A DNA stretch of 64,000 nt from an uncultured Clostridiaceae bacterium (GTDB lineage Bacteria > Bacillota > Clostridia > TANB77 > CAG-465), in assembly GCA_964653805.1 (NCBI GenBank), contig CAZZFS010000005.1:1817-65816 (forward strand), given 5' to 3'. Position numbers and translations under genes: made by a program. Below the pieces are notes generated by a model. The model did no database searches. It worked only from the letters and a program-made list of their open reading frames with translations, and had not been told where the DNA came from. Below, in pieces: positions 38,776 through 47,468 of the stretch. Numbering within the stretch: the stretch's first letter is position 1; every line of letters begins with the position of its first letter.

Positions 38776-39357
38776 TTACAGTTTTTTGTTATTGTTTTTT
38801 GTTTTGTCTTTTGATTCTTTTTTGTTTAATTCAAACCAGTATCTTTTGAACACTACTTTCCTAACAGGATTCAAAAGTTCATTTTCAAACTTACCACCTG
38901 CTCTTAAAATTATTCTTTCAAAACCTGTATTTGTTTTTAAACAAGTTACCAAAACTTTTTTTAAGTGTATTTCAGTTCTTGCTTTTTCTAAAGCTTGTCT
39001 AAAAATTTTAGAAGCATAACCTTTATTTCTTTTTGAAGGTCTTACACTGTAGCGTATATGTCCACCATAATTTAAAATGTATTCATTTACATCATGGCGA
39101 ATATCTACAATACCGATAATTTCATCTTCTTTAGTAACAGCAAGGTATATCGATGATGGAACTCTTCCTTCTGGCAAGTTTATTCCAACACGCCGATCAT
39201 TAGCTGTTTTTATCCATTCGCTTACATCTTCTGCTTTGTTCAAGCTGTGAGAACCATTTATCGGGAGCAATCCCGTATCAAGAAATTCTTTTTTAAAATC
39301 AATTATCTTTTCCAAATATTTTTCAGATGGAAAAACTAATTCTATTTTTGGTCCCAT
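38776..39357 (-). CDS. GNAT acetyltransferase (COG3981-like), paralog of 39389..39919
   Basis: IELVFPSEKYLEKIIDFKKEF...LPEGRVPSSIYLAV...GHIRYSVRPSKRNKGYASKIF...KRYWFEL. Confidence 0.7.
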   Translation of the reverse strand: MGPKIELVFPSEKYLEKIIDFKKEFLDTGLLPINGSHSLNKAEDVSEWIKTANDRRVGINLPEGRVPSSIYLAVTKEDEIIGIVDIRHDVNEYILNYGGHIRYSVRPSKRNKGYASKIFRQALEKARTEIHLKKVLVTCLKTNTGFERIILRAGGKFENELLNPVRKVVFKRYWFELNKKESKDKTKNNNKKL

Positions 39358-39388
39358 TTTTTATCCTCCTGTATTGTATTTAATAGTT

Positions 39389-39919
39389 TTAACTAAGCCA
39401 ATATCTTTTTATTGTTTTAGCATTGGTTGGATCAAAAACTTCATTTATGAATTCTCCGCCATTTCTTAAAATAGCTTCTTCCGCTCTTTTATTACCTTCA
39501 AAACAAGTTATTATTAATCTTGGTAATTCTAAAATACGTGCTTTTTGAATAAGCTGTCCAAGCATCAAAGATGCATAATCGTTTTTCCCACCACATGGTG
39601 CAATTGTATAACTTACATTTCCAGCATAATTATACAGGTAGTCATTTAATTCATGTCGCAAAGAAACAACTCCAATGACACTGTCATCTTTTTTTCTTAC
39701 AACTAAAAACGTTGTTGCAGCTACTTCACCTTCGGGCAAGTTAAAACTAGCACTGTAATCATGTGATTCTTCTATCCACTTTTTAATATCTTCTTGAGAC
39801 ATTAAATCACGACCACCATGTATTGTTTTATATCCATGTTTTAAAAGTTCTTTTTTAAATCCCTTTATTTTCCGGATATAATCCTCACTAGGTATTACAA
39901 TTTTAATTGATTCTTTCAT
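39389..39919 (-). CDS. GNAT acetyltransferase (COG3981-like)
   Basis: IKIVIPSEDYIRKIKGFKKEL...LPEGEVAATTFLVV...GNVSYTIAP...KRYWLS. Collinear with 38776..39357. Confidence 0.7.
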   Translation of the reverse strand: MKESIKIVIPSEDYIRKIKGFKKELLKHGYKTIHGGRDLMSQEDIKKWIEESHDYSASFNLPEGEVAATTFLVVRKKDDSVIGVVSLRHELNDYLYNYAGNVSYTIAPCGGKNDYASLMLGQLIQKARILELPRLIITCFEGNKRAEEAILRNGGEFINEVFDPTNAKTIKRYWLS

Positions 39920-40083
39920 AATTTATTACTCTCCTTAAAAATTATTTTTTGTGGTAAATAAACAGTTTACTGTATTATACCACTTTCTATTTATTATGTA
40001 AATAGTTTTATGATTTTTATCTTTATTTTTAATAAAATATATATAATAAAATTCAAAAAAAAAAGATAGATTCTATCTATCTT

Positions 40084-40398
40084 TTAATAACTTCCTTTTC
40101 TTAATTTCATAGGTTTTGTTTTTTCTAACGATAATGCTTTAAAATTAAATGAAAAAACAGGAGCAATAGGATCTTGATCTTCTTTTATTAATACTAAAAA
40201 TTCTTCTTCTAATTTTGTTAATTTATCTTTTTTCATTTTTTTATTAAGTTCTGTATATAAATAATCTTTACATTTTTTTGACATACCATCAACTAAATTT
40301 TTCTTTTCTTCTACATCAAGAATTTGTGCATTATTTATTGTTATTAATAGTTCATTAAATAAATCTTTCTTTTTATTTTTTGTTGTTTTAATATCCAT
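40084..40398 (-). CDS. hypothetical helical protein, family-2
   Basis: KKDLFNELLITI ... EKKNLVDGMSKKCKDYLYTELNKKMKKDKLTKLEEEFLVLIKED. Confidence 0.6.
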   Translation of the reverse strand: MDIKTTKNKKKDLFNELLITINNAQILDVEEKKNLVDGMSKKCKDYLYTELNKKMKKDKLTKLEEEFLVLIKEDQDPIAPVFSFNFKALSLEKTKPMKLRKGSY

Positions 40399-40601
40399 TT
40401 ATTTACCTCCAACTTTTATTCTCTTTTATTATATTATTAATTATACCACAGTTTTACATAAAAAACAATACTTATGTAAACATTTAATTCTAATACATCA
40501 CAACGTTTTTATAAATTTCATTGCAATATATTTATTTTCATGTTATAATAGACAACATAAAAACAAACACTACCTACAAAATAATTTAAGGAGGATTTAT
40601 T

Positions 40602-40967
40602 ATGTTTGGTATTTTTTCAGATTCAAGTGATGGTTGGTCAGAAATTGTTGAAGGTACTTTTTCTCTAAGAGCTTTCAAGTATTATTTTAAAAATCGGAGG
40701 AAATTGAAAAACAAAAAAACTGTAGCTAGATCTCTTTTAACAAGAAATCGGTTTGTTTCACCTTCAAATAACATTTTCAAAGCAGTAGATACATGTTTAT
40801 TTAATACCAGTGTGACAAGAAATAAAGAAACTGTATCTAAAGAAGATCCGTTATTTGTATTACAAAAAGGTGATATTGTATATATCAGTTTTTCCTGGTT
40901 TGTGGATGCTTGGGAATATACTGGTGAAAAATTAATTTACCGCGAAGATCTTTGTTTGGAAGGTTAA
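40602..40967 (+). CDS. hypothetical protein
   Basis: 121 aa with an AAGGAGG RBS. It lies 47 nt upstream of the first family-3 gene, with no terminator between them. Confidence 0.5.
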   Translation: MFGIFSDSSDGWSEIVEGTFSLRAFKYYFKNRRKLKNKKTVARSLLTRNRFVSPSNNIFKAVDTCLFNTSVTRNKETVSKEDPLFVLQKGDIVYISFSWFVDAWEYTGEKLIYREDLCLEG

Positions 40968-41014
40968 AGAAAAAAGATTATAACTAAAAAATATAATTTA
41001 AGGAGAATTTTAAA

Positions 41015-41431
41015 ATGTCAGAATCATTAAAGGGTTTGTTTATTTTTACCTTTGGAGGTTTAAAAGACTTTGGAAAAGTGGTAGATCCAAATACAGAAAT
41101 AAAAATCGATTTTCCAAATGATCAATCTCAAGGTTACGTCATAGCCGTTAGAAATGGTCTTGAAATCAAAAAGTTTAGTTCAATAAAAGAATTAAACCTT
41201 GATTTTATTTCAACAACAGATTTAGTTCTAACATTTAAAGTAAAGGTTCAGCCTCGTTACCAAGTTGTAAAGTCAGTTGAGTTTAACTTAACTGAAGGTG
41301 TGAATCATATTACTTATTCTGATTTTAATATCGATGAACATCAAATATTACAAATGGATTTTTTGATTAGCAAAGAAAAAAATCCCGAAAAAGTCGGCTC
41401 TATTCAAGTTCGAAATTTCGAACTGTGCTAA
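41015..41431 (+). CDS. hypothetical beta-rich protein, family-3 copy 1
   Basis: LFIFTFGGLKDFG...GYVIAVRNGLEIKKF...STTDLVLTFKVKV...TEGVNHITYSDF...VGSIQVRNFEL. Terminator at 41437-41477. Confidence 0.65.
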   Translation: MSESLKGLFIFTFGGLKDFGKVVDPNTEIKIDFPNDQSQGYVIAVRNGLEIKKFSSIKELNLDFISTTDLVLTFKVKVQPRYQVVKSVEFNLTEGVNHITYSDFNIDEHQILQMDFLISKEKNPEKVGSIQVRNFELC

Positions 41432-41617
41432 TAAACAAAAAGATTGCAATTCAATTCGAATTGCAATCTTTTTTTATTTGATTAAATGAAAAAAAATTAC
41501 TTTACTTTTAGTTTCAAATCACCAACGCATTTGACATAAAAACAACTTTGTGTTATACTATTAGAAGTGAAATGTTATAATAAAACCTAATAAATAATTT
41601 TAAGGAGGTATACAAAA

Positions 41618-42031
41618 ATGTATACATTACGGAGCTTATTCATGTTTTCTTTCGGTGGTTTCAATGATTTTGGAGGATTAGAAAGTCCAAAGGAAAAATT
41701 GGAAATTAACTTTCCTAAAGAAAACCCTGTCGGTTACGGTATCGCCATTAGAAACGGCTTTGATATCGAGAAGTTTACTTCACCAAAAAAATTAGAAGTT
41801 GAAATTTCTTCAACTACTGATTTGGTATTAACCTTAGAAATTAAGGTATCACCAGGAAACCAAGTTACAAAGTCAGTTGATTTCACCTTAACTGAAGGTG
41901 TAAATCATATTGATTATTCTGACTTTGATGTCTACGGACACGAAATATCAGAAATTGTGTTTTTTACAAGTCAAGCAAAAAATGCTAAAATAGTTGGCTC
42001 TATTCAAATTCAAAATTTTGAACTGAGCTGA
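41618..42031 (+). CDS. hypothetical beta-rich protein, family-3 copy 2
   Basis: Collinear with 41015..41431 (LFMFSFGGFNDFG...GYGIAIRNGFDIEKF...TEGVNHIDYSDF...VGSIQIQNFEL). It has its own TTGACA-17-TATACT promoter and a terminator at 42042-42084. Confidence 0.65.
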   Translation: MYTLRSLFMFSFGGFNDFGGLESPKEKLEINFPKENPVGYGIAIRNGFDIEKFTSPKKLEVEISSTTDLVLTLEIKVSPGNQVTKSVDFTLTEGVNHIDYSDFDVYGHEISEIVFFTSQAKNAKIVGSIQIQNFELS

Positions 42032-42148
42032 TAAATAAAATAAGTCATGTAAATCTTTTTTAGATTTTACATGACTTATTTTTTCATTTATTTAAAAGTA
42101 ATTTATTTTATCAAACATTAACATTAATATTTATTTTTATTTTTATAT

Positions 42149-43945
42149 TTATTTTTTCAAACTTGTATTTATTTCTGTTTGTAACATTTGAACAAAATCT
42201 TCTACATTAATATTATCTTCTTGTTCCCCTGTTCTTTTTCTAAATGAAATTGTATTTGATTCAACTTCCTTTTTCCCTAAAATAAGCATATAAGGAACTT
42301 TTTCAAGTTGAGCAGCTCTTATTTTATATCCTATTTTTTGATCATCAGAATCAACTTCTACTCTAAATCCTTCTGCTTGTAATTTAAGTTGTAATTTTTT
42401 AGCATATTCTAATTCATTTTCTGTAATAGGTAATATTTGTATTTGATTTGGAGCTATCCAAAGTGGTAAAGCACCTGCATATTTTTCAATAAGCATCGCT
42501 AAAGTTCTTTCGTAACAACCCATAGAAGTTCTATGTATTATAAATGGATATTTCTTTTCTCCATCACTATCTACATATGTCATTTCAAATCTATGTGCAA
42601 GTTGTATATCAAGTTGTATAGTTATTATTGTATCTTCTTTTCCCCATACATTTTTACATTGAACATCTAATTTAGGTCCATAAAATGCTGCTTCTCCATC
42701 TGCTTCAACGTAGTCTAATTTTAAATCATCTAATATTTTTTTCAAACTATTTTGAGCTTCATCCCAATCTTTTGCTGTACCCATATATTTTTCTTTATCA
42801 TTTGGATCCCATTTAGAAAAACGATATGATATATCTTCTTTTAATCCTAATACATCCATGAAATAATTTGTAAGTTCAATACATCCTTTTACTTCTTCTT
42901 CTAATTGATCTGGTCTTACAACTAGATGAGCTTCTGAAATAGTAAATTGACGAACTCTTATTAATCCATGCATTTCTCCAGATTCTTCTTTTCTAAATAG
43001 AGTTGATGTTTCATTATATCTTAAAGGTAAATCTCTATAACTTCTTTGTCTATTTTTATATGCCATATATTGGAATGGACATGTCATTGGTCTTAATGCA
43101 AACACTTCTTTATCTTTTTCTTCATCCCCAATTATAAACATACCTTCTTTGTAATGATCCCAATGTCCTGATATTTTATAGAAATCTGATTTTGCAAATA
43201 AAGGAGTTTTTGTTAATAAATAACCTCTTTTTTGTTCTTCATCTTCTACAAATCTTTGTAATAATTGAATTATTTTAGCACCTTTTGGAAGTAATATTGG
43301 TAAACCTTGTCCTATTTCTTCAATAGTTGTGAATATTTCTAATTCTCTTCCAAGTTTATTATGATCTCTTTTTTTAGCTTCTTCTCTTCTTTCAAGTTCA
43401 GCAGCTAATTCTTCTTTATTTGCAAATGCTGTACCATATATTCTAGTAAGCATTTTATTTTTTTCATCGCCTCTCCAATATGCTCCTGTTATATTAAGTA
43501 ATTTAAATGCTTTTATTGCTTTTGTATATAACAAATGAGGGCCAACACATAAATCAACAAATTCACCTTGTTTAAAAAATGTTAAAACACTATCTTCTGG
43601 TAAATCATTTATTAATTCAATTTTATAGTCTTCGTTTTTATCACTCATTAATTTTATAGCTTCTTCTCTACTTAAATTAAATGTTTCTATTTTTAAATTT
43701 TCTTTTATTATTTTTTTCATTTCATCTTCTAATACATTTAAATCTTCTTGAGTCATTTTTTCAGTTAATTCAACATCATAGTAAAATCCTGTATCAATAG
43801 CTGGTCCAATTGCAAGTTTTGCATCTGGATATATTCTTTTTATTGCTTGTGCAAGAACATGTGAAGTTGTATGTCTTAATATATTTATATCTACATTTTC
43901 TTCTTCATATACTTCGCCTTTATTATTTATATATTTTGCTGCCAT
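42149..43945 (-). CDS. thrS: threonine--tRNA ligase (short form without an N-terminal TGS domain)
   Basis: HTTSHVLAQA editing-domain motif, class II motifs FRKEESGEMHGLIRVRQFT and HRTSMGCYERT, and an anticodon-binding C-terminus. The ATG at 43945 follows an AAGGAG RBS. Confidence 0.92.
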   Translation of the reverse strand: MAAKYINNKGEVYEEENVDINILRHTTSHVLAQAIKRIYPDAKLAIGPAIDTGFYYDVELTEKMTQEDLNVLEDEMKKIIKENLKIETFNLSREEAIKLMSDKNEDYKIELINDLPEDSVLTFFKQGEFVDLCVGPHLLYTKAIKAFKLLNITGAYWRGDEKNKMLTRIYGTAFANKEELAAELERREEAKKRDHNKLGRELEIFTTIEEIGQGLPILLPKGAKIIQLLQRFVEDEEQKRGYLLTKTPLFAKSDFYKISGHWDHYKEGMFIIGDEEKDKEVFALRPMTCPFQYMAYKNRQRSYRDLPLRYNETSTLFRKEESGEMHGLIRVRQFTISEAHLVVRPDQLEEEVKGCIELTNYFMDVLGLKEDISYRFSKWDPNDKEKYMGTAKDWDEAQNSLKKILDDLKLDYVEADGEAAFYGPKLDVQCKNVWGKEDTIITIQLDIQLAHRFEMTYVDSDGEKKYPFIIHRTSMGCYERTLAMLIEKYAGALPLWIAPNQIQILPITENELEYAKKLQLKLQAEGFRVEVDSDDQKIGYKIRAAQLEKVPYMLILGKKEVESNTISFRKRTGEQEDNINVEDFVQMLQTEINTSLKK

Positions 43946-44028
43946 ATTTTTCACTCCTTATTCTATAGTATTTATTTTTATTATTGTTTTAATAATTTAT
44001 ATTTTTATTTTATTTTTATATTTTTATT

Positions 44029-44910
44029 TTATTTTTGTTTCATAGTTGATGATAATATTTCTTTAAAATTATTATTTTTATATTCTAAAATATCGTATTT
44101 AACATCAAATTCTTTTGTTTCTTGTATAATTAATTCATTTACCCCATCTTTATTTAAATCAGCTACAAATTTAAATGAATATATTGGCCAATTTGAAGCA
44201 TCTTTTAAATCTCTTATATAATTGTATTTAATACATTTTGTTTTCCCTGTTGAATCTTCATATATAACTGCACTATATGCACCAGTAGCTTTACCAGCTT
44301 CATTTGTTACAAACATTATTCTTGAATATGCATTTTCATTAATTTTCACTTCATAAATTTCTGTTATTTTAACACTAGAATTAAATATTTTTCTAAAACC
44401 TAATGCTTTTTTTGCTATTTCTATATCTGCTTCAGTTATATTTTTAACTTTTGAAGCAGGATCTGGCATTATGTTAGTGTCACTTGTTGCAACTGCTAAA
44501 TATTCATCAATTATATTTGTATTTGTTGTTTTTGCATATATAGCTGAATTAACTTTAGATTTATCTATGCTATTTAAAATAAATTTACCTGCTTTTCCTT
44601 TAGCATTATATATATCTATTTCCACTTCACTTTTATTTTTACTTTTAAAATAGTATTTTTCGCTACTTATCCATTTTTTATCATAAATAGCACCAACTAT
44701 TAAATTATCAATAAGTATTGGAGTTGAGTTTGTTGCTTCATCATCTGATGCATTTGAAGAAACATCACTAATTCTTTCATAAACTATATTGTTATTAAAT
44801 AACACATAAGTCAAAAATGAACCTGCAAGTATTAATACTATAACAAATAAAACAATTAATATTTTTAACCATCCTTTTATTTTTAATTTACTTTTTGAAT
44901 AATTCCCCAT
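44029..44910 (-). CDS. membrane-anchored protein of unknown function
   Basis: N-terminal helix WLKILIVLFVIVLILAGSFLTYVLF. The ATG at 44910 overlaps the queH TAA stop (TAATG). Confidence 0.55.
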   Translation of the reverse strand: MGNYSKSKLKIKGWLKILIVLFVIVLILAGSFLTYVLFNNNIVYERISDVSSNASDDEATNSTPILIDNLIVGAIYDKKWISSEKYYFKSKNKSEVEIDIYNAKGKAGKFILNSIDKSKVNSAIYAKTTNTNIIDEYLAVATSDTNIMPDPASKVKNITEADIEIAKKALGFRKIFNSSVKITEIYEVKINENAYSRIMFVTNEAGKATGAYSAVIYEDSTGKTKCIKYNYIRDLKDASNWPIYSFKFVADLNKDGVNELIIQETKEFDVKYDILEYKNNNFKEILSSTMKQK

Positions 44911-45491
44911 TAATATACCCACTTTCCATTATCTATTGAAAATATACAACCACAATATTTTTGCATATATAATTCATTTTCTCGTGCCATTTTTTGACCT
45001 TCTCTATAGTTGTTTCTATAATCAACATATTTAAATTCTATTTCATATTTTTTAGCAAGTTCACAACCTACTTCTTTTATAAATTCATGATTTTGATAAG
45101 GACTTATTGTAAGGGTTGTTGTTACTACATCAAATCCATTATTTTTTGCATATTTAAATGCTTCTTCAAGTCTTAAATAATAACAATATCTACATCTTTT
45201 ATCGTATTTTTTATTTTCCCCTACATTTTCTACTACATATTTAACATATCCATCTAAAGAATATTCATCAACAATTACATTTTTACAATTATGTTCTTCA
45301 CAAAATTTAATAAATGTATTTTTTCTTCTTTCATATTCTACTTTTGGATGAATATTTGGATTATACCAAAAAGCAGTAAAATCAACTTTTTCAAATTGAT
45401 CATCTGCTATTTTCAAACCTTTTTCTTTTAATTCATTTTCTATATATGAAAAACAAGGAGCACAACATGTATGAATTAATAATTTTCTCAT
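44910..45491 (-). CDS. queH: epoxyqueuosine reductase QueH (DUF208)
   Basis: [21 protein letters not shown] and YCGC cysteine motifs. ATGA overlap with the ruvB stop. Confidence 0.85.
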   Translation of the reverse strand: MRKLLIHTCCAPCFSYIENELKEKGLKIADDQFEKVDFTAFWYNPNIHPKVEYERRKNTFIKFCEEHNCKNVIVDEYSLDGYVKYVVENVGENKKYDKRCRYCYYLRLEEAFKYAKNNGFDVVTTTLTISPYQNHEFIKEVGCELAKKYEIEFKYVDYRNNYREGQKMARENELYMQKYCGCIFSIDNGKWVY

Positions 45492-46492
45492 TCTTTCATC
45501 TCCATATCTAAATGTGCATAAGCAATTTTTGTAACCATTCTTCCTCTTGGACTTCTGGTTAGATATCCAATTTGCATAAGGTATGGTTCATATACATCTT
45601 CTATCGTGTCTTTATCTTCACCAATACATGCAGCTAAAGTTTCTAGACCAACAGGTCCTCCACCAAATTTTGTTATAACAGTTTTAAGCATAACTCTATC
45701 TGTTTGATCTAAACCTAATTCATCTATTTCAAGTCTAGCTAAAGCTTTTTTTGCACTTTCATAATCTATTGTATCTAAACCATCAACTTGAGCAAAATCT
45801 CTAACACGTTTTAATAATCTATTTGCAATCCTTGGTGTTCCTCTACATCTAGAACCAATTTCTAAAGCAGCATCTTCTTTTATCTCTATATTTAAGATAC
45901 TTGCACTTCTTGTTATAATATTGGCTAAATCTTTTTCATTATATAATTCTAATCTATGTATTATTCCAAATCTATCTCTAAGAGGCGCTGAAAGTGAACC
46001 AGCCTTTGTGGTCGCTCCTACCAACGTAAATTTAGGTAAATCAAGTCTAATAGATCTAGCTGATGGACCTTTCCCTATAACTATATCTAAATTAAAATCT
46101 TCAAGTGCTGGATATAATACTTCTTCAACTGATTTATTTAATCTATGTATTTCATCTATAAATAAAACATCATTTTCTTGTAAATTAGTAAGTATAGCAG
46201 CCAAATCTCCTGCTTTGTCAATAGCAGGACCAGACGTTATTTTAATATTACTTCCCATTTCATTTGCAATAATACTTGCAAGTGTAGTTTTTCCAAGACC
46301 GGGAGGACCATATAATAAAACATGATCTAAAGTATCTTCTCTTTTAATAGCAGCAGATATATATACTTTTAAATTTTCTTTAACTTTATCTTGTCCAATA
46401 TATTCAAAAAAGCTATTAGGACGTAAATTTAATTCATCTACTTCATTTTCACAATCCACAAACTCTGGAGAAATCACTCTATCTTCTATCAT
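45488..46492 (-). CDS. ruvB: Holliday junction branch-migration ATPase RuvB
   Basis: [36 protein letters not shown] and [16 protein letters not shown]. Confidence 0.95.
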   Translation of the reverse strand: MIEDRVISPEFVDCENEVDELNLRPNSFFEYIGQDKVKENLKVYISAAIKREDTLDHVLLYGPPGLGKTTLASIIANEMGSNIKITSGPAIDKAGDLAAILTNLQENDVLFIDEIHRLNKSVEEVLYPALEDFNLDIVIGKGPSARSIRLDLPKFTLVGATTKAGSLSAPLRDRFGIIHRLELYNEKDLANIITRSASILNIEIKEDAALEIGSRCRGTPRIANRLLKRVRDFAQVDGLDTIDYESAKKALARLEIDELGLDQTDRVMLKTVITKFGGGPVGLETLAACIGEDKDTIEDVYEPYLMQIGYLTRSPRGRMVTKIAYAHLDMEMKE

Positions 46493-46820
46493 TTTTTATT
46501 ACACCCCCTAATAATTAGAAATATTATATCAAACATTAGTTCATATGTCAAATAATATAACACACTTAATTCTTCTGTATCTTTAACTTTGTATTATTAT
46601 ATCATTTAAGAATAAAAATGACAATAGTTTTAGAATATATAAATAGTGTTATTTTTATTTAAATATTAATAACACTTAATATTATATATTTAATATTTTT
46701 TTTGCTTGAAAAAAGCCACTAACAATTGTTAGCAGCTTTTTATTTTTTATCTGTCTATTATTTTGATTTTTTTTTACTTAAATTTTGTTTTTTTACCGTA
46801 TTTATTCTTTTTTTGATTTA

Positions 46821-47450
46821 TCAAGTATTTCTTGTACTAAATAAAATTACTGTTTTATCATTTTCCTTTTTTTGTATTTGAAATCCATTTTCTTTTGTAA
46901 ATGAAAAACTTAAGCATTCATTACAATCAAAAGAAGTATAACTGGTTTGGTAAAAAAATTCAGACCATCTACTGACAAATACATAATGTTCTTTATCAGC
47001 ATCCTTATTTTCTTCCATATCAAGTTTTATTTCGAAAATAATGTCTTTTAAAAACTCTTTTTGTGTTTTATTTTTATAAAACACATTTTTAAAAACATTT
47101 TGCTCAATATGTTCCTTGAAAATCGACATTAATTTATCAATTATTTCTTCGGAAAGCAAGATTTTTTCACCTTGATATTTAAAAAGTAATTCTTTACGTT
47201 CTTTCACTTTTTTATCATGAGGTATTGAATTAAAAGGGAATCTGTTTATTTCATCTCTTTTTTCTTCAAGTAGCGAAACAAAATTCTCAAAATCAATAAA
47301 GTATTCATAAGCTTTACTTCTTGGGTGAAACTGTTTAATTTGACTTAACAATATGTTATTTGTATTTAACATATTATCTTTTAAAGCTTTTGTAACTTCA
47401 TTAGCAATAACAACATAATCCATATTCCCAGTAACAATTTCAGTTTGCAT
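46821..47450 (-). CDS. hypothetical protein, downstream partner of the GYD-repeat gene
   Basis: 209 aa with an AAAGGAG RBS, 18 nt after the stop of 47469..49580. No motif recognised. Confidence 0.5.
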   Translation of the reverse strand: MQTEIVTGNMDYVVIANEVTKALKDNMLNTNNILLSQIKQFHPRSKAYEYFIDFENFVSLLEEKRDEINRFPFNSIPHDKKVKERKELLFKYQGEKILLSEEIIDKLMSIFKEHIEQNVFKNVFYKNKTQKEFLKDIIFEIKLDMEENKDADKEHYVFVSRWSEFFYQTSYTSFDCNECLSFSFTKENGFQIQKKENDKTVILFSTRNT

Positions 47451-47468
47451 AGATATATACTCCTTTAC

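Noticed and set aside
38776-39919. GNAT genes as TacT/AtaT-type toxins of type II toxin-antitoxin pairs.
   Set aside because: Their sequences look like COG3981-type acetyltransferases. No DUF1778/RHH antitoxin gene overlaps them, and each gene has its own promoter and terminator. I kept only the weaker co-localisation idea as a finding.
43946-44028. Expected T-box leader upstream of thrS.
   Set aside because: Only about 83 nt of nearly pure A/T separate thrS from the upstream gene. That is too short and unstructured for a T-box, and I found no specifier or T-box sequence.
46493-46820. Possible small RNA or ORF in the 328-bp gap upstream of ruvB.
   Set aside because: The gap is explained by a terminator for the 209-aa gene (about 46711-46745), an AT-rich hairpin (46641-46680) and two TTGACA/TTGTCA-17-TATAAT promoters facing ruvB. 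There is no convincing ORF or conserved structure.
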